Shown here: in pieces, positions 35,657 to 45,658 of the stretch
Layout: each line of letters begins with the position of its first letter
How positions within the stretch are numbered: position 1 is the first letter of the stretch
IMG/VR virus record: IMGVR_UViG_3300028920_000002
Coordinates: 96,001 to 160,000 of that record
Origin: a virus
DNA length: 64,000 nt
Reading direction: 5' to 3' (one strand)
Made by a program: the position numbers and the translations under genes
Notes under the pieces: model-generated
What the model saw: only the letters and a program-made list of their open reading frames with translations
Told to the model about the DNA's origin: nothing
Database searches by the model: none

Positions 35657-36754
35657 ATGAAAGAATCTCAGAAGCGAGCGCGTCAGGATGTGGTGGCAAC
35701 TGCATTGAAGACATTGCTCGCCAACGAGGGCAGCGGGCTCACCCGCAAGACCTTCTTTTTACCGACTAGCTCGACTCCATCGGAGGCCGAGATTGAGGCG
35801 TGCAAGGGCAGGCGTTGGCAGAAGCCTGTTCTCGATAGGCTCGTGGACAAGGGCCTCTTGGTGGTGGCCAAGGTCGGAGACGATATGGGCTACGGCCCTG
35901 GCGACAGAACCCTCATCCGCAAAGTGCTTCGTGACTACGAGGATGATGGGCTGCTGCTCGCCTCTCTGGTCTTTCCCAACGAGGTTCGTGGGGTCGAGCT
36001 GCCCAGCGTTCGAGATGCTCTCGAAGAGGAAGAAGCTCTGACACGCCAGCATCAGGTGGACGACGTTTTGGACAAGGTCACTGATACCAAGGCGATGGAT
36101 AAGATGGGCAAGGACCTTCAAGAGGCCATCGACAAGCACGGACCGGGTCTCGTGTTGGCTGATGCTCTGACCCGGTTCACCTTGGCTGTGAACGAGCAGC
36201 ACACTACTGCTCGGGAGTCCTACAACAGACTCGTGCTGTCTATGGAGAGTATGGCCAAGGCGTACGGGGACCACACCAAAAGGATGGAGGCCATGCTCTC
36301 TGCACAGAGCGCCCGTACAGGTACGGTCGAGACCAAGGTGGGTGGGTACAACAAGCGCCTGGACGCTCTCGAGAAGCGTGAGCAGGAGCACACTGCTGCC
36401 ATTCACCGGTTGGTCAACATCCTTCAGGAGTACCACGTTCGTGAGAAGACCAACGGTTCGGGCTTCGACGTCAGCGAGGTAGCAGAGAAGATGGCGGCTG
36501 CAGTGGCAGTAGAGGTGAAGCCCCTACTTGACGCCAACACCGAGAACTTCTCGAAGGTCACAGCGCTCATGTACGCCCTGCAGGGCAGCACCGAGACGCT
36601 GGCTGGTCACTTGAAATCGAAGGAGGCGGACAGGCTCTCTGACCTCAATCGTAGGTTGGAGGCACACATCAAGGACGGGCAGGAGTTGCAGGAACTTCTG
36701 TCTGAGGTATGGCTCAAGATGGATGGAGACAAGGATGGCCCAGCGACTGAGTGA
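35657..36754 (+). CDS. Coiled-coil hypothetical protein
   Basis: AGGAGG SD; promoter motif at 35632; long heptad C-terminus. Confidence 0.65.
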   Translation: MKESQKRARQDVVATALKTLLANEGSGLTRKTFFLPTSSTPSEAEIEACKGRRWQKPVLDRLVDKGLLVVAKVGDDMGYGPGDRTLIRKVLRDYEDDGLLLASLVFPNEVRGVELPSVRDALEEEEALTRQHQVDDVLDKVTDTKAMDKMGKDLQEAIDKHGPGLVLADALTRFTLAVNEQHTTARESYNRLVLSMESMAKAYGDHTKRMEAMLSAQSARTGTVETKVGGYNKRLDALEKREQEHTAAIHRLVNILQEYHVREKTNGSGFDVSEVAEKMAAAVAVEVKPLLDANTENFSKVTALMYALQGSTETLAGHLKSKEADRLSDLNRRLEAHIKDGQELQELLSEVWLKMDGDKDGPATE

Positions 36755-37619
36755 GCTGGTCGCCCGCTACAAGCGAGAGTCAGACAAGCTCTCACAGCGG
36801 GAACTGGCCGAGCTGGAACGAGACATCTACGAAGCCTACTGCTTCGAGAACCCCAGGAGGCCGAGTGACGGCCCGTTCAGCCGTACTCACCGCAATACGC
36901 TGGTGGAGCTGCTGGGCATCACTTCCGGCTACGCAGACAACCGCCTCTACTTGCTGAGGTGTGGGCGAGCCGCAGAGCCTCTTTGGAAGCTTGTGGATGA
37001 GGGTAAGTACACCCTCTCTGCCGTGGTCATGCTGCTGCGCAATGCGCGCAAGGAGGCTCAGAGCAAAGGCGTCTCCCTGCCCGACGTGCTGGAGCGCATG
37101 TTGGCGGAGCCGAAGAAGCGCAAGTTCAACCGCAGCAATGGTTCTGCCAAGCCGCTCAATGCCCAGGACGCCAAGGACTTCGAGGAAGAGGCAGCCGAGT
37201 TGATTCGGGCCTACGTTGCTCGGAGAGCTGTCGACCTGGACGAGCTCGAGCGGGACATGCTGCTCACGAACTTCCTGGGCATGCTGCGCATCGCTCATGA
37301 GGAGTTTCGGGAGAGCCTGCAGCGGGAGCAGCGCAGCCTTCGTCAGCAACGACGAGAACGAGAAACGATTGGTAAGGCGCTGTTCCTACGCGCCTGTGAA
37401 GTCCTGAGCTTGGACCTGCCCTACGGCAAGGAGCTCAGTGACAAGAAGAGGGACTCGATATTGAAGCTGGTACGTAGGCGTAAAGCTGAGCGAGTCCGTG
37501 AATTGCATCCCGACCTCAACCCGGGTCAGACGACCACGAGTGAGGTCATCCAAGAGCTCAACGCTGCGAAGGAGGCGGGCGACCTCTTGGTGAAGTACTT
37601 CAGCCAAGGAGCAAGGTAA
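36735..37619 (+). CDS. HTH-containing protein with a C-terminal J-domain-like segment
   Basis: LKLVRRRKAERVRELHPDLNPG...IQELNAAKE (HPD motif). Confidence 0.6.
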   Translation: MAQRLSELVARYKRESDKLSQRELAELERDIYEAYCFENPRRPSDGPFSRTHRNTLVELLGITSGYADNRLYLLRCGRAAEPLWKLVDEGKYTLSAVVMLLRNARKEAQSKGVSLPDVLERMLAEPKKRKFNRSNGSAKPLNAQDAKDFEEEAAELIRAYVARRAVDLDELERDMLLTNFLGMLRIAHEEFRESLQREQRSLRQQRRERETIGKALFLRACEVLSLDLPYGKELSDKKRDSILKLVRRRKAERVRELHPDLNPGQTTTSEVIQELNAAKEAGDLLVKYFSQGAR

Positions 37620-38140
37620 TGGCATCACGCAAGCTGAACGGGGCGAGCACCAAGGACCTGCTTGCCAAGGTGGATATGGACCAGACAATCCCGCATCGTG
37701 CGGCCGACATCCTCAACGAGGCGGCCCGGCTGATGCCCAAGCGCTGCATAGACAAGCGCGACTTCGTCAAGATGGTGTTGGCACTGGGCCGGCGCCCGGC
37801 AGAGGACTCCAAGGACGTGGAGTTCTTCTTCAAGAGCAAGTGGGGTCGTGTGAAGGTCGTGCTCTACGAGAAGCACGGTCGTGCTGGCATCACCGTCCCG
37901 GGTAAGGGCGTGCGCGCCACTACCAGTGACGAGGATGCAGCCGGCACCGACCTGCGCGGAAAGGTCAGGCGCTTCAAGAGCGCTGCTGCTGGAGTGCGGC
38001 GCTCGGCAGAGCTGGTCAATCCGACCAAGGTCAAGAACCCCGAGCTGAAGAAGTTCGCGAAGGACGTCCACTCCTTCAAGAAGGTCATCAGCGAGGACGA
38101 GCTCGAGCGGCGCCTGCGTCTGCCCGACAAGACAGACTGA
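37619..38140 (+). CDS. Basic hypothetical protein
   Basis: TAATG coupling; 173 aa. Confidence 0.6.
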   Translation: MASRKLNGASTKDLLAKVDMDQTIPHRAADILNEAARLMPKRCIDKRDFVKMVLALGRRPAEDSKDVEFFFKSKWGRVKVVLYEKHGRAGITVPGKGVRATTSDEDAAGTDLRGKVRRFKSAAAGVRRSAELVNPTKVKNPELKKFAKDVHSFKKVISEDELERRLRLPDKTD

Positions 38141-38277
38141 GCCGCCGTGAGGCGGTTTGGCCCACTCGGCTTGAGTGGGTGGAAGCGCGCTCTCAACCTC
38201 TCTTCGGGCGCGCTTCCTTTAGCTACAAGTTGGAGCTAGCGAAAACGAGCGGGTGTGCAACCCACTCGTTTCTGCTG

Positions 38278-39336
38278 TCAGGCGCGCTTCTTCCCCTTTT
38301 TGCTCACGGGCTTCTTAGGCATCGTCTTCACAAGGCCGGGCTTCTGCTTCAGAGTGGCCCTGTCCCTGCTGAAGTAGCGCACAGCCGGTTCATCGAGGAG
38401 CTTCCTGGGCTTGTTCCTCCCCTTGACTTTGGCCTTGCTGGCGTCTGATAGGCCCTGCCATCCTACCAGCGGAACTCCCTCCAGCTCCGCTTTCAGCGCA
38501 CGAAGCACTGCCAGGATGTTGGCTTCCTGCGCCGCACCACCGACCATCTTCTTCCCGTTCTTTCTGTTGCCATACTGGAACCATTGGTTGAGGGTGTACA
38601 TCGGAGTCCCAGGCTTGAGTTCACTGCCTTCGATTGCCGACTTGATGGCAGCGTGCACTCGCTTGGGGTTTCTCCACATCGCGTAGTAGACGGCGGCCCA
38701 TACGCTGGGGGCTTTGCCTTCCTTCCCGACTTTGCAGTACAGGTTGTACAACCCTTGCAGGGCCAACATCTCTTCCTTGTACTTCCTCTCCGTCTTGGTG
38801 ATGTCGTCTTGCAGAGCTCGTGCGCTCCACCCTTGGGTCAGCCTGTACAGGACGGAGAAGCACTCGGTGTAGTGCTTGGTCCAGCGTGTGGCGGCGTCCT
38901 TGTCCCCCATCATGGATAGGTGGTCAGCTATGGTCCGCTTGGTACCACCATCCAATCGAGCGACCTCCTTGGGGGACATGTTGAACACCACGAGGGCAGG
39001 AAACGCTGCCTTGGCCTTCACGGCAGCGTGCATGCGGTTCTGTCCATTCACGATGGTGCCGTCGTAGCCGCTGGCGATTGGGTCATGGGTGAAGACGAAC
39101 TTGCCTTCCTTCATCTCCCTGGTCATGGAGTTGATTCCCGAGGGCTTCTTGCGCCGCTGATTCGGGTGCTGTTGCTGGAGACCAGCCAGACTCAACTCCA
39201 AGGGGATGACTGTCTCAAATGCGCAGGAACCGTCCTTGTACTGAGTGACGTACTTCACCTTCTTGAGGAGAGGCAGGAACGGTGTTGCGGCGCGTAGCAG
39301 TGCAGCGCTCAGGCTGCTAACCTTGATTTGCCTCAT
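38278..39336 (-). CDS. ParB/Srx-like N-terminal domain protein
   Basis: PNQR...SMTREMKEG.F..THDPI...DGTIVNGQNRMHA pattern. Confidence 0.7.
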   Translation of the reverse strand: MRQIKVSSLSAALLRAATPFLPLLKKVKYVTQYKDGSCAFETVIPLELSLAGLQQQHPNQRRKKPSGINSMTREMKEGKFVFTHDPIASGYDGTIVNGQNRMHAAVKAKAAFPALVVFNMSPKEVARLDGGTKRTIADHLSMMGDKDAATRWTKHYTECFSVLYRLTQGWSARALQDDITKTERKYKEEMLALQGLYNLYCKVGKEGKAPSVWAAVYYAMWRNPKRVHAAIKSAIEGSELKPGTPMYTLNQWFQYGNRKNGKKMVGGAAQEANILAVLRALKAELEGVPLVGWQGLSDASKAKVKGRNKPRKLLDEPAVRYFSRDRATLKQKPGLVKTMPKKPVSKKGKKRA

Positions 39337-39351
39337 GATGCTTGTCCTTCC

Positions 39352-39969
39352 TTATGGGAAATTGGGGCAGCTGGCACAGTGCTTGAAGATGTAGTCTGCT
39401 GCCTCAGCGTGTGTTTTGACGCCGAGACGTTGCTTGATGACGGAGAGATGACGCTTCCACACATCTACGCGTGGAATGGTGTCCCTGAAGACGATACCTG
39501 CTGTGCCCGAACCTTTGGAGCCCTCTCTGCCCTGGGCCCGCTTCACCTTTTCCTTCAGCTCCATCAAGGGGAGGATGGCCGCCAGCTTCAGCCACTTCCT
39601 CGCATCCTTCAGGCTGTTGATGACCGGTTGGATGAGAACGAGTCGCTCGAAGCTTACTCGGGCGATGAGGTTCATCAAGCTCTTGTTGCGCGCACACTTG
39701 AGCTTGAGACCAAACTTCTCCCAGAGCACGATGCACGATGTCACCTCGTGGGCTTCCAGACACAGCTCCTTGAACGCCCACTCTTCGACGGACTCGTAGC
39801 CCCAGGCGATGTACAGCGTTCGCAGTCCTCCCTGGAACTGCATCACATCCACGCTGGCACTGTAGACCAGACGCGCGATGGTAAGGATTTTCTCCCTGTG
39901 GCGGTTGTGGGCTGCCACCTTCGCGTCCTTACGTACCTTGTCGGCTCTCGACTTGGTTAGTGTTGCCAT
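39352..39969 (-). CDS. Hypothetical helical protein
   Basis: AGGAG SD before MATLTKSRAD; LYIAWGYESVEEWAFKEL segment. Confidence 0.6.
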   Translation of the reverse strand: MATLTKSRADKVRKDAKVAAHNRHREKILTIARLVYSASVDVMQFQGGLRTLYIAWGYESVEEWAFKELCLEAHEVTSCIVLWEKFGLKLKCARNKSLMNLIARVSFERLVLIQPVINSLKDARKWLKLAAILPLMELKEKVKRAQGREGSKGSGTAGIVFRDTIPRVDVWKRHLSVIKQRLGVKTHAEAADYIFKHCASCPNFP

Positions 39970-40070
39970 CCGTATTCTCCTGACGTGCTGGTTCTTGACC
40001 GGTCCTCGGTCTTCTCTTTGCACTTCTCTTATCTCCGCAAACCTCTCCGCTTTGCGGCATAATGCTCCCG

Positions 40071-40304
40071 ATGTCACAAGCTAGCCGTGAGCTGTACGTG
40101 ATGCGGTTGGAGGGAGTCCTCTCCGCAACCGAGACTCAGACTGGACGCAAGCCAACCATTGACACATTCCCCATCCGCAAGTGTGATGCGGAGCGTCTGG
40201 TGAAGGACCGGAGTGTTCTGCTCGACAACATCATGGACAGCGGCATAGAGCCGTCGCTGCCCTACTGGCCGTGCGGGCCGGGGAAGGTCGTGAAGGTAGG
40301 ATGA
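40071..40304 (+). CDS. Small hypothetical protein
   Basis: Follows the GCGGCATAA promoter. Confidence 0.5.
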   Translation: MSQASRELYVMRLEGVLSATETQTGRKPTIDTFPIRKCDAERLVKDRSVLLDNIMDSGIEPSLPYWPCGPGKVVKVG

Positions 40305-40909
40305 AGACAGCGGTCGTATCGTCGAAAGAGCTGGACCCGAAGAAGGGTCTGCGCGCCGAGAACTACATTGCAGGAGCAAGGAGTCGGAAGATTCCAGGCA
40401 AGGGCTCAAAGCACTACAAGGCAGTGCGCATCGCCATGAGGTTGGCTGAGGGATTGAACGTCAATTTCTTCTACCCACCCGAGGAGCAGCAGCTTGAGCT
40501 CTACAGGGCTGGCTTGCCCATGCCCGCACGCGCTTCTCTGCGGCTGTGGGAGGGCATGGACACCATCAACTACTGGGCTGGCGTCGTACACGCTTGGTCG
40601 AAGCGCAAGGGCTGGTGGAAGAAGCCCCAGGGTGACGTGGCCAAGAAGCTACTCATGCTCCACAGCGAAGTCGCAGAGATGACTGAGGACCTCAGGGTGA
40701 CGGAGGAGAAGGACCTCAACATCATCAACTGGGAGTACGACAAGCACGGGCAGCTCAAGCCCATCGGCTTCGCCAGTGAGCTCGCCGACCTATTCATTCG
40801 CATGGCGGACCTGGCTGGCAAGCTCGACATTGACCTGTCTGCAGCTGTCGCCCTCAAGATGAGGTTCAACGAAGACCGGCCCTATCAACATGGAGGCAAG
40901 AAGCTGTGA
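40301..40909 (+). CDS. MazG-like nucleotide pyrophosphohydrolase
   Basis: LMLHSEVAEMTED...SELADLFIR..DL.....IDL..AV..KM..N..RPY.HG motifs. Confidence 0.85.
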   Translation: MKTAVVSSKELDPKKGLRAENYIAGARSRKIPGKGSKHYKAVRIAMRLAEGLNVNFFYPPEEQQLELYRAGLPMPARASLRLWEGMDTINYWAGVVHAWSKRKGWWKKPQGDVAKKLLMLHSEVAEMTEDLRVTEEKDLNIINWEYDKHGQLKPIGFASELADLFIRMADLAGKLDIDLSAAVALKMRFNEDRPYQHGGKKL

Positions 40910-41457
40910 CCGAGAACAAGTCGTTCGGCGCCCCGTTCTGGTTCGTGGTGGTCTCGTTGGCCGTCGTCCTGCTGGCCATCGTCCCGATGGCCATGTGCAG
41001 AGGGGAGCCGCCGACGCCCGCTCCTGGGCCGTCAGTTCAGGTGGTAGAACCTGTCCCCTCCACGTCGGGCAGCGCCGAGCTGTTGGAGCCGGCTCCCGAG
41101 TCGACTGTCTTGCTCGAGCTCGAGGACGGCGATTGGGGTGGCCCTGGCGGGCAGGTGAAGCTGCAGCTCCGCTCTCGGGCGGCCACCGACGGTCCCTGGG
41201 ACTGGCAGCCGTACCCGTGGGTGCTCATCCTGACGCCTGACGACCCCGAGGTCATGGAGGTGTGCGGCTTCTACCCTCAGCTCCACGATGGCTTCTGGCG
41301 CCAGGCTCACTGCCTGACGGGGGACCCGGGGCGCCCCCACGACTTGCGGCGCCTGCGGCTCTCTGTGACGCCCAGTGGGCTCCTGGAGGCTCAGCTGGGG
41401 GAGGACCGGCTCCTGCTCTCCATGGAGCGCATCGGGCAGCCGGAGAAGGCGCCCTGA
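40906..41457 (+). CDS. Membrane-anchored hypothetical protein
   Basis: N-terminal TM helix and Pro-rich linker. Confidence 0.6.
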   Translation: MTENKSFGAPFWFVVVSLAVVLLAIVPMAMCRGEPPTPAPGPSVQVVEPVPSTSGSAELLEPAPESTVLLELEDGDWGGPGGQVKLQLRSRAATDGPWDWQPYPWVLILTPDDPEVMEVCGFYPQLHDGFWRQAHCLTGDPGRPHDLRRLRLSVTPSGLLEAQLGEDRLLLSMERIGQPEKAP

Positions 41458-41676
41458 CCGAGGGCTGCGACGACACGTGTCGCTGACACAAGAGGCGCAT
41501 ACGGCTCAGATTCAGTAGCCTTCCCCCGCTCCCCCCAGCAGAGGGAACCAGATACGCGCGTTTCAGGGGAGCTGACACAACGGCCGCCCGTGGGCGCGGC
41601 GGCGTGCAAACATCCACAGGCCCAGGGCATAAGGCCCGGGGTCGGCTGACCAAGTTGGTCGGCCGGAAGGACGACG

Positions 41677-42171
41677 ATGGAGATAGTGAACAAGGAGATG
41701 CGCATCTGGTGCGCAGACGAGAAGCAGCTCACGGCCGAGGTGGCGACGAAGCCGTATGTTCTGAAGCTTGAGCTGCCGGTGGGCGCCCAGTTCCTGGGGG
41801 CGTTCAACCTACCCAACCTGATGACCGTGCTTGGCTTCGGCCAAGGCGGCCCGCCTGGGTACGCGTTCTTGGTGGACCCGGAGGAGGACGCCACTTGCGT
41901 CCGCTACTTCGCTTCTCAGACAGCCGATGCGCCGTTCCTATGGAAGACGACTGAGGTGGAGTGCTGGAATCGCGGTCTGCTCACGCTGCTGGGAGTGCCG
42001 GTGGTGGTTCTGGAGTTGGTGTACGACATGTCTACGCCCGGCATTCAAGAAGCGCTGGAGCGGGGGCTCAAGATGAACGGAGTGGTCATCGATGGCGTGC
42101 GCTATCACACGCCTCCGTCACTGCTGAAGGCGGTGGCATCTGGTGGGGTGGATGACGAAGAAGCAGGCTAG
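41677..42171 (+). CDS. Hypothetical protein
   Basis: SD; promoter motif at 41629. Confidence 0.6.
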   Translation: MEIVNKEMRIWCADEKQLTAEVATKPYVLKLELPVGAQFLGAFNLPNLMTVLGFGQGGPPGYAFLVDPEEDATCVRYFASQTADAPFLWKTTEVECWNRGLLTLLGVPVVVLELVYDMSTPGIQEALERGLKMNGVVIDGVRYHTPPSLLKAVASGGVDDEEAG

Positions 42172-42922
42172 TCACGACGACAGCGACGGACTTGTTGGTC
42201 AGGTAAATCTGGCTGACATCCCCTTCGTAGAAGTGGCTTGGTCTTCGATAGCCCAGCTCTCAGAGAAGAGTGACGCAGAGCTGCTTGGGATTCTGTCTCA
42301 CTACGCCCCCGGCCTGTGGGAGCTGAGTACTCATCAGCAGCACCAGCTCATCGAGTACCTGCGAAATTGGCTGACGGCTCTTCGTGGAGCGGAGAGCGTG
42401 CGCACCGAGCTTTCCGAGAAGCTCTCCAGCGTGGCCGTGGAGCTGGCGCGTTTGCGCTACGTGGTGCGAGAGCTCGGTACGAAGATGTACGAGAAGGGCG
42501 CCTTCACCGAGCGCATCGAGCTTGATGACGACCTGGCCTTCGCTCTCTTCCGCGCAGCTAAGCCACTGATGCTCAAGCACACAGCTCGAGAGTTGGGTGG
42601 GTTCAAGGCACCAGAGGACATTGGGGACCACAGCCCGTTCAGGATGGGCAACAAGAGAGAGTTCGAGGCTGCTTTTGCCTCCGGGACTTCGGCGCTCGAG
42701 TGTATGGGCTTTCAGGTGGTGGGCACAGACATTGAGACGAAGAACGAGGTTGGGCCCAATACCGTCAGCTACGTACTGGTATTCGACTGTGAGCTCTTAC
42801 CCACGCACGTCTCTCAGGTTGGACAACGCCCACAGCTCAACAAGGAGCAGCTCGAGGAGGCGGTGCGTGCTTACATGCCGTCTACTACGACGGTTTCCTG
42901 CAAGGTCAGAGTGACGCTGTGA
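42143..42922 (+). CDS. Hypothetical protein
   Basis: About 256-259 aa; exact start uncertain. Confidence 0.6.
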   Translation: MGWMTKKQASHDDSDGLVGQVNLADIPFVEVAWSSIAQLSEKSDAELLGILSHYAPGLWELSTHQQHQLIEYLRNWLTALRGAESVRTELSEKLSSVAVELARLRYVVRELGTKMYEKGAFTERIELDDDLAFALFRAAKPLMLKHTARELGGFKAPEDIGDHSPFRMGNKREFEAAFASGTSALECMGFQVVGTDIETKNEVGPNTVSYVLVFDCELLPTHVSQVGQRPQLNKEQLEEAVRAYMPSTTTVSCKVRVTL

Positions 42923-42937
42923 CTGGTAGACTGACGC

Positions 42938-43243
42938 ATGTTCGAGTGGCGGCATCTGCTGAGTGGGAAGACCTTACGAATCTCCTGCCTTTACTATGGC
43001 CACACCTACTTGGGGTGCATCACGTATCCGAAGGGGCAGAGCTGCCGAGGCATTCCGTACGACCCGCAGAAGCCAAGCCGGGTTGTGTACACAGGGGGCT
43101 ACGCTCAGGTAGCCGACAACATGGAAGGGCACGCCCGTGAACGACTTGAAGCTTTGGTTGGCAGACCTGCTACACGACCTGGCCTGGACGCTAGAGCGCT
43201 CAGCCATCAGCGAGACCCTGACGACGATATTCCGACGTCATAA
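42938..43243 (+). CDS. Hypothetical protein
   Basis: ATG 5 nt after TGGTAGACT. Confidence 0.5.
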   Translation: MFEWRHLLSGKTLRISCLYYGHTYLGCITYPKGQSCRGIPYDPQKPSRVVYTGGYAQVADNMEGHARERLEALVGRPATRPGLDARALSHQRDPDDDIPTS

Positions 43244-43385
43244 GTCATCCGCAGCAGAGAAGATGCAGAGGTGGCTCGAGTTGCTACCTCCCGACGAACA
43301 ACGACGTGTGCGAGCACACCTCAAGCACAGGCGACGAAAGCAAGCAGTCTACGGGGGTCCCAGGGATGAGCGACAAATCCACTGA
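43137..43385 (+). CDS. Small helical hypothetical protein
   Basis: GTG start; overlaps both neighbours. Confidence 0.45.
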   Translation: MNDLKLWLADLLHDLAWTLERSAISETLTTIFRRHKSSAAEKMQRWLELLPPDEQRRVRAHLKHRRRKQAVYGGPRDERQIH

Positions 43386-43833
43386 GTTGCTGAGGAGGAA
43401 AGGGCGCAACGGTCCGCAGCGCCCTAGCTTCGAGGAGATTCACATGCGGATGGCGGGGTTGCTCGTAGGTAGGAGCACTTGCGCCCGCCTGAAGGTTGGT
43501 TGCGTCATCGCCAGCGCCGACTTCAGGAAGGTTTTGGCGATGGGCTACAACGGCAACGCTAGCGGTCTACCCAATCTCTGTGACAGCGAGGAGCCTGGCA
43601 AGTGCGGTTGCCTGCACGCTGAAGAGAATGCGGTCATCAACTGCGACTCGCCGAGGCACTGGCCCAAGATTGTGTTCTGTACCCACGAACCCTGCAAGAT
43701 GTGCGCTAAGCGCCTGGTGAATCTGGGTGGGGTGCAGAAGGTCTACTACAACGAACCATACCGGCTCCATGAGGGGCTGGAGGTATTCAAGCTCGCTGGC
43801 ATACCGTGCGAGCAGATGGAGATTCGCTGGTGA
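43366..43833 (+). CDS. dCMP deaminase (cytidine/deoxycytidylate deaminase family)
   Basis: RSTC.RLKVGCVI, GYNG, HAEENA and THEPCKMC motifs. Confidence 0.92.
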   Translation: MSDKSTELLRRKGRNGPQRPSFEEIHMRMAGLLVGRSTCARLKVGCVIASADFRKVLAMGYNGNASGLPNLCDSEEPGKCGCLHAEENAVINCDSPRHWPKIVFCTHEPCKMCAKRLVNLGGVQKVYYNEPYRLHEGLEVFKLAGIPCEQMEIRW

Positions 43834-45089
43834 CTGAAGAGAAGAAGCCTCCAAAGGGGCTGACAACGGAGCAAGAGCTTAGGCTGTGGCGAGAGCTCAC
43901 CATGTTGCTGCCTCACAACTTCGAGGAGTGCAACAGCCCGCCGTGGTCCCAGATTGAGGACCACATCAAGAAGCTTGAAAAAGTGAAGGAAGCCTTCGAC
44001 CGTGAGAGCGGCAAGGTAGCGGGCGAAGTTCTCAGGCAGCTCGAGAAGGACGGGAGCCGTGTGGTCGATAAGAGCGTCTACGACCAGATGCAGCGCATCG
44101 ACTACTACGCCCGCAAGGTCTACAAGCAGCTCGAAGAGAACGCCAAGAACGAAGGGGTGTACAACACGCCTACGGGTTTGGAAGCCAAGCTGTGGGAGAA
44201 CTTCGGCAGGGCGCTGTTTGACGGCACCTGGCAACCCCACGAAGTAAGTCCAGCCTCAACCCACGAGGAGGTCATGGCCAGCGACAACAAGGTCATCAAG
44301 GATGCGTACGAGGAGTCCAGGGTAGTAGGAGAGGTCGTCTCTGGTACTGGTGGCAGCTTGTACTACCGAGACAGGCGAAGTGGGCATACCTACAGCATCA
44401 AGAAGCTGGACATCGTGAATGACGAGGAGCCTGTCGAGACGATGTTCGGGAAGGAATTCCCTACCCCCAGGGCGGACTCGGCCCGGCCCGTGCTGAAGGT
44501 CAAGCAGGACTTCGTTCCCAAAACCGTCGAGTGGCCCAGTCCTCAGAAGCCCCTGGACAAGCTCGTCCAGAAGGCTCTGAACGTAGCTCGCTTGCCCGAC
44601 ATCTACATGACCCAGGACCAGCAGCTCGTGGACCGAACCATCGGTGAGCTGCGCAAGGCCGCTGGGGAGTACGAGGCAGAGCAGAAGAAGCAGGAGTCCT
44701 TCCCTGATGAGTGGTACGTGGAAGCCTGCGCCGGTGAAATAGTCGACAAGGCCGTGAAGGTGTACCGGGTCAGACCTATTCAATTTGGCCCGCAGACGCA
44801 GCCATTCTACCGAGCCATCCAGGACCTACTTGAGTCTGTCGAGGAGTTCGAGAGAGTACGTCGTGGGCGCATCATCGACGACGCGCACCACGAGAAGAAG
44901 AGCTCCGCACCCGAATCACCCGGCATGTTTCAGCGACTCATGTGCGCTGGGGGCAAGCACGAGCCCGAGGGCGAGAAGTACGCTCAGACGCCCTACTATG
45001 ACCTAAGCCTGAAGGTGAATGGGTGGGCTGGGCACTTCAAAGTCAGGAAGTGCAAGCACTGCAAGTGCCTGTACGTGGAGGAGAAGTAA
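43830..45089 (+). CDS. Mosaic hypothetical protein with a C-terminal Cys/His motif
   Basis: About 419 aa ending in CKHCKCLYVEEK. Confidence 0.6.
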   Translation: MTEEKKPPKGLTTEQELRLWRELTMLLPHNFEECNSPPWSQIEDHIKKLEKVKEAFDRESGKVAGEVLRQLEKDGSRVVDKSVYDQMQRIDYYARKVYKQLEENAKNEGVYNTPTGLEAKLWENFGRALFDGTWQPHEVSPASTHEEVMASDNKVIKDAYEESRVVGEVVSGTGGSLYYRDRRSGHTYSIKKLDIVNDEEPVETMFGKEFPTPRADSARPVLKVKQDFVPKTVEWPSPQKPLDKLVQKALNVARLPDIYMTQDQQLVDRTIGELRKAAGEYEAEQKKQESFPDEWYVEACAGEIVDKAVKVYRVRPIQFGPQTQPFYRAIQDLLESVEEFERVRRGRIIDDAHHEKKSSAPESPGMFQRLMCAGGKHEPEGEKYAQTPYYDLSLKVNGWAGHFKVRKCKHCKCLYVEEK

Positions 45090-45215
45090 CTGTCAGCTAG
45101 GGAGGCATCGTGGAATACATCGTGATGGTCGTTGGGCTCGTGCTGCTGCCGGTCTGTGGATGCAGTACAACATGCTCACCAAGCGACGGCCCTGGTAACT
45201 GTCAGACAGGGAGCC

Positions 45216-45635
45216 ATGCGTAGCTACAGCACAACTCGTTTCACCCAATGCGAACAGGAGTTACTCGTCCAGGCGCAGACGCTAGTGGAAGCTGTCCCCT
45301 CGACCGTCGGGGAACAGGTGCGTTGCCACGAGCTTGCTCGCGCGGTCGCAACCATTCTGTCGCTTCCCGTGCAAGACGGAAGATTTGAGGCCGTTGAGCA
45401 TTCATGGATATGGGCGAAGTCCGGCTGGGAGTACCACTCGGACTATCGGGATTTCTGTGGCGCTCCACCGATTCTGGACGTGTACGTGCCCGGCTGTCTG
45501 CCTCAAGTGCAGCTTGTGGACTGGTCGCATTGGGGGCTTCCCTACAAGCGGGTGTACGTGCCTGGAGAACTCCGCAACGACATAGACGATGAGATGTTGA
45601 AGCGGCTCGTCGCCATGATGGGCGACACCAAGTAA
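45216..45635 (+). CDS. Hypothetical protein
   Basis: GGGAG SD. Confidence 0.55.
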   Translation: MRSYSTTRFTQCEQELLVQAQTLVEAVPSTVGEQVRCHELARAVATILSLPVQDGRFEAVEHSWIWAKSGWEYHSDYRDFCGAPPILDVYVPGCLPQVQLVDWSHWGLPYKRVYVPGELRNDIDDEMLKRLVAMMGDTK

Positions 45636-45658
45636 CTGTCATTGCTAGAGGAGGAGAC

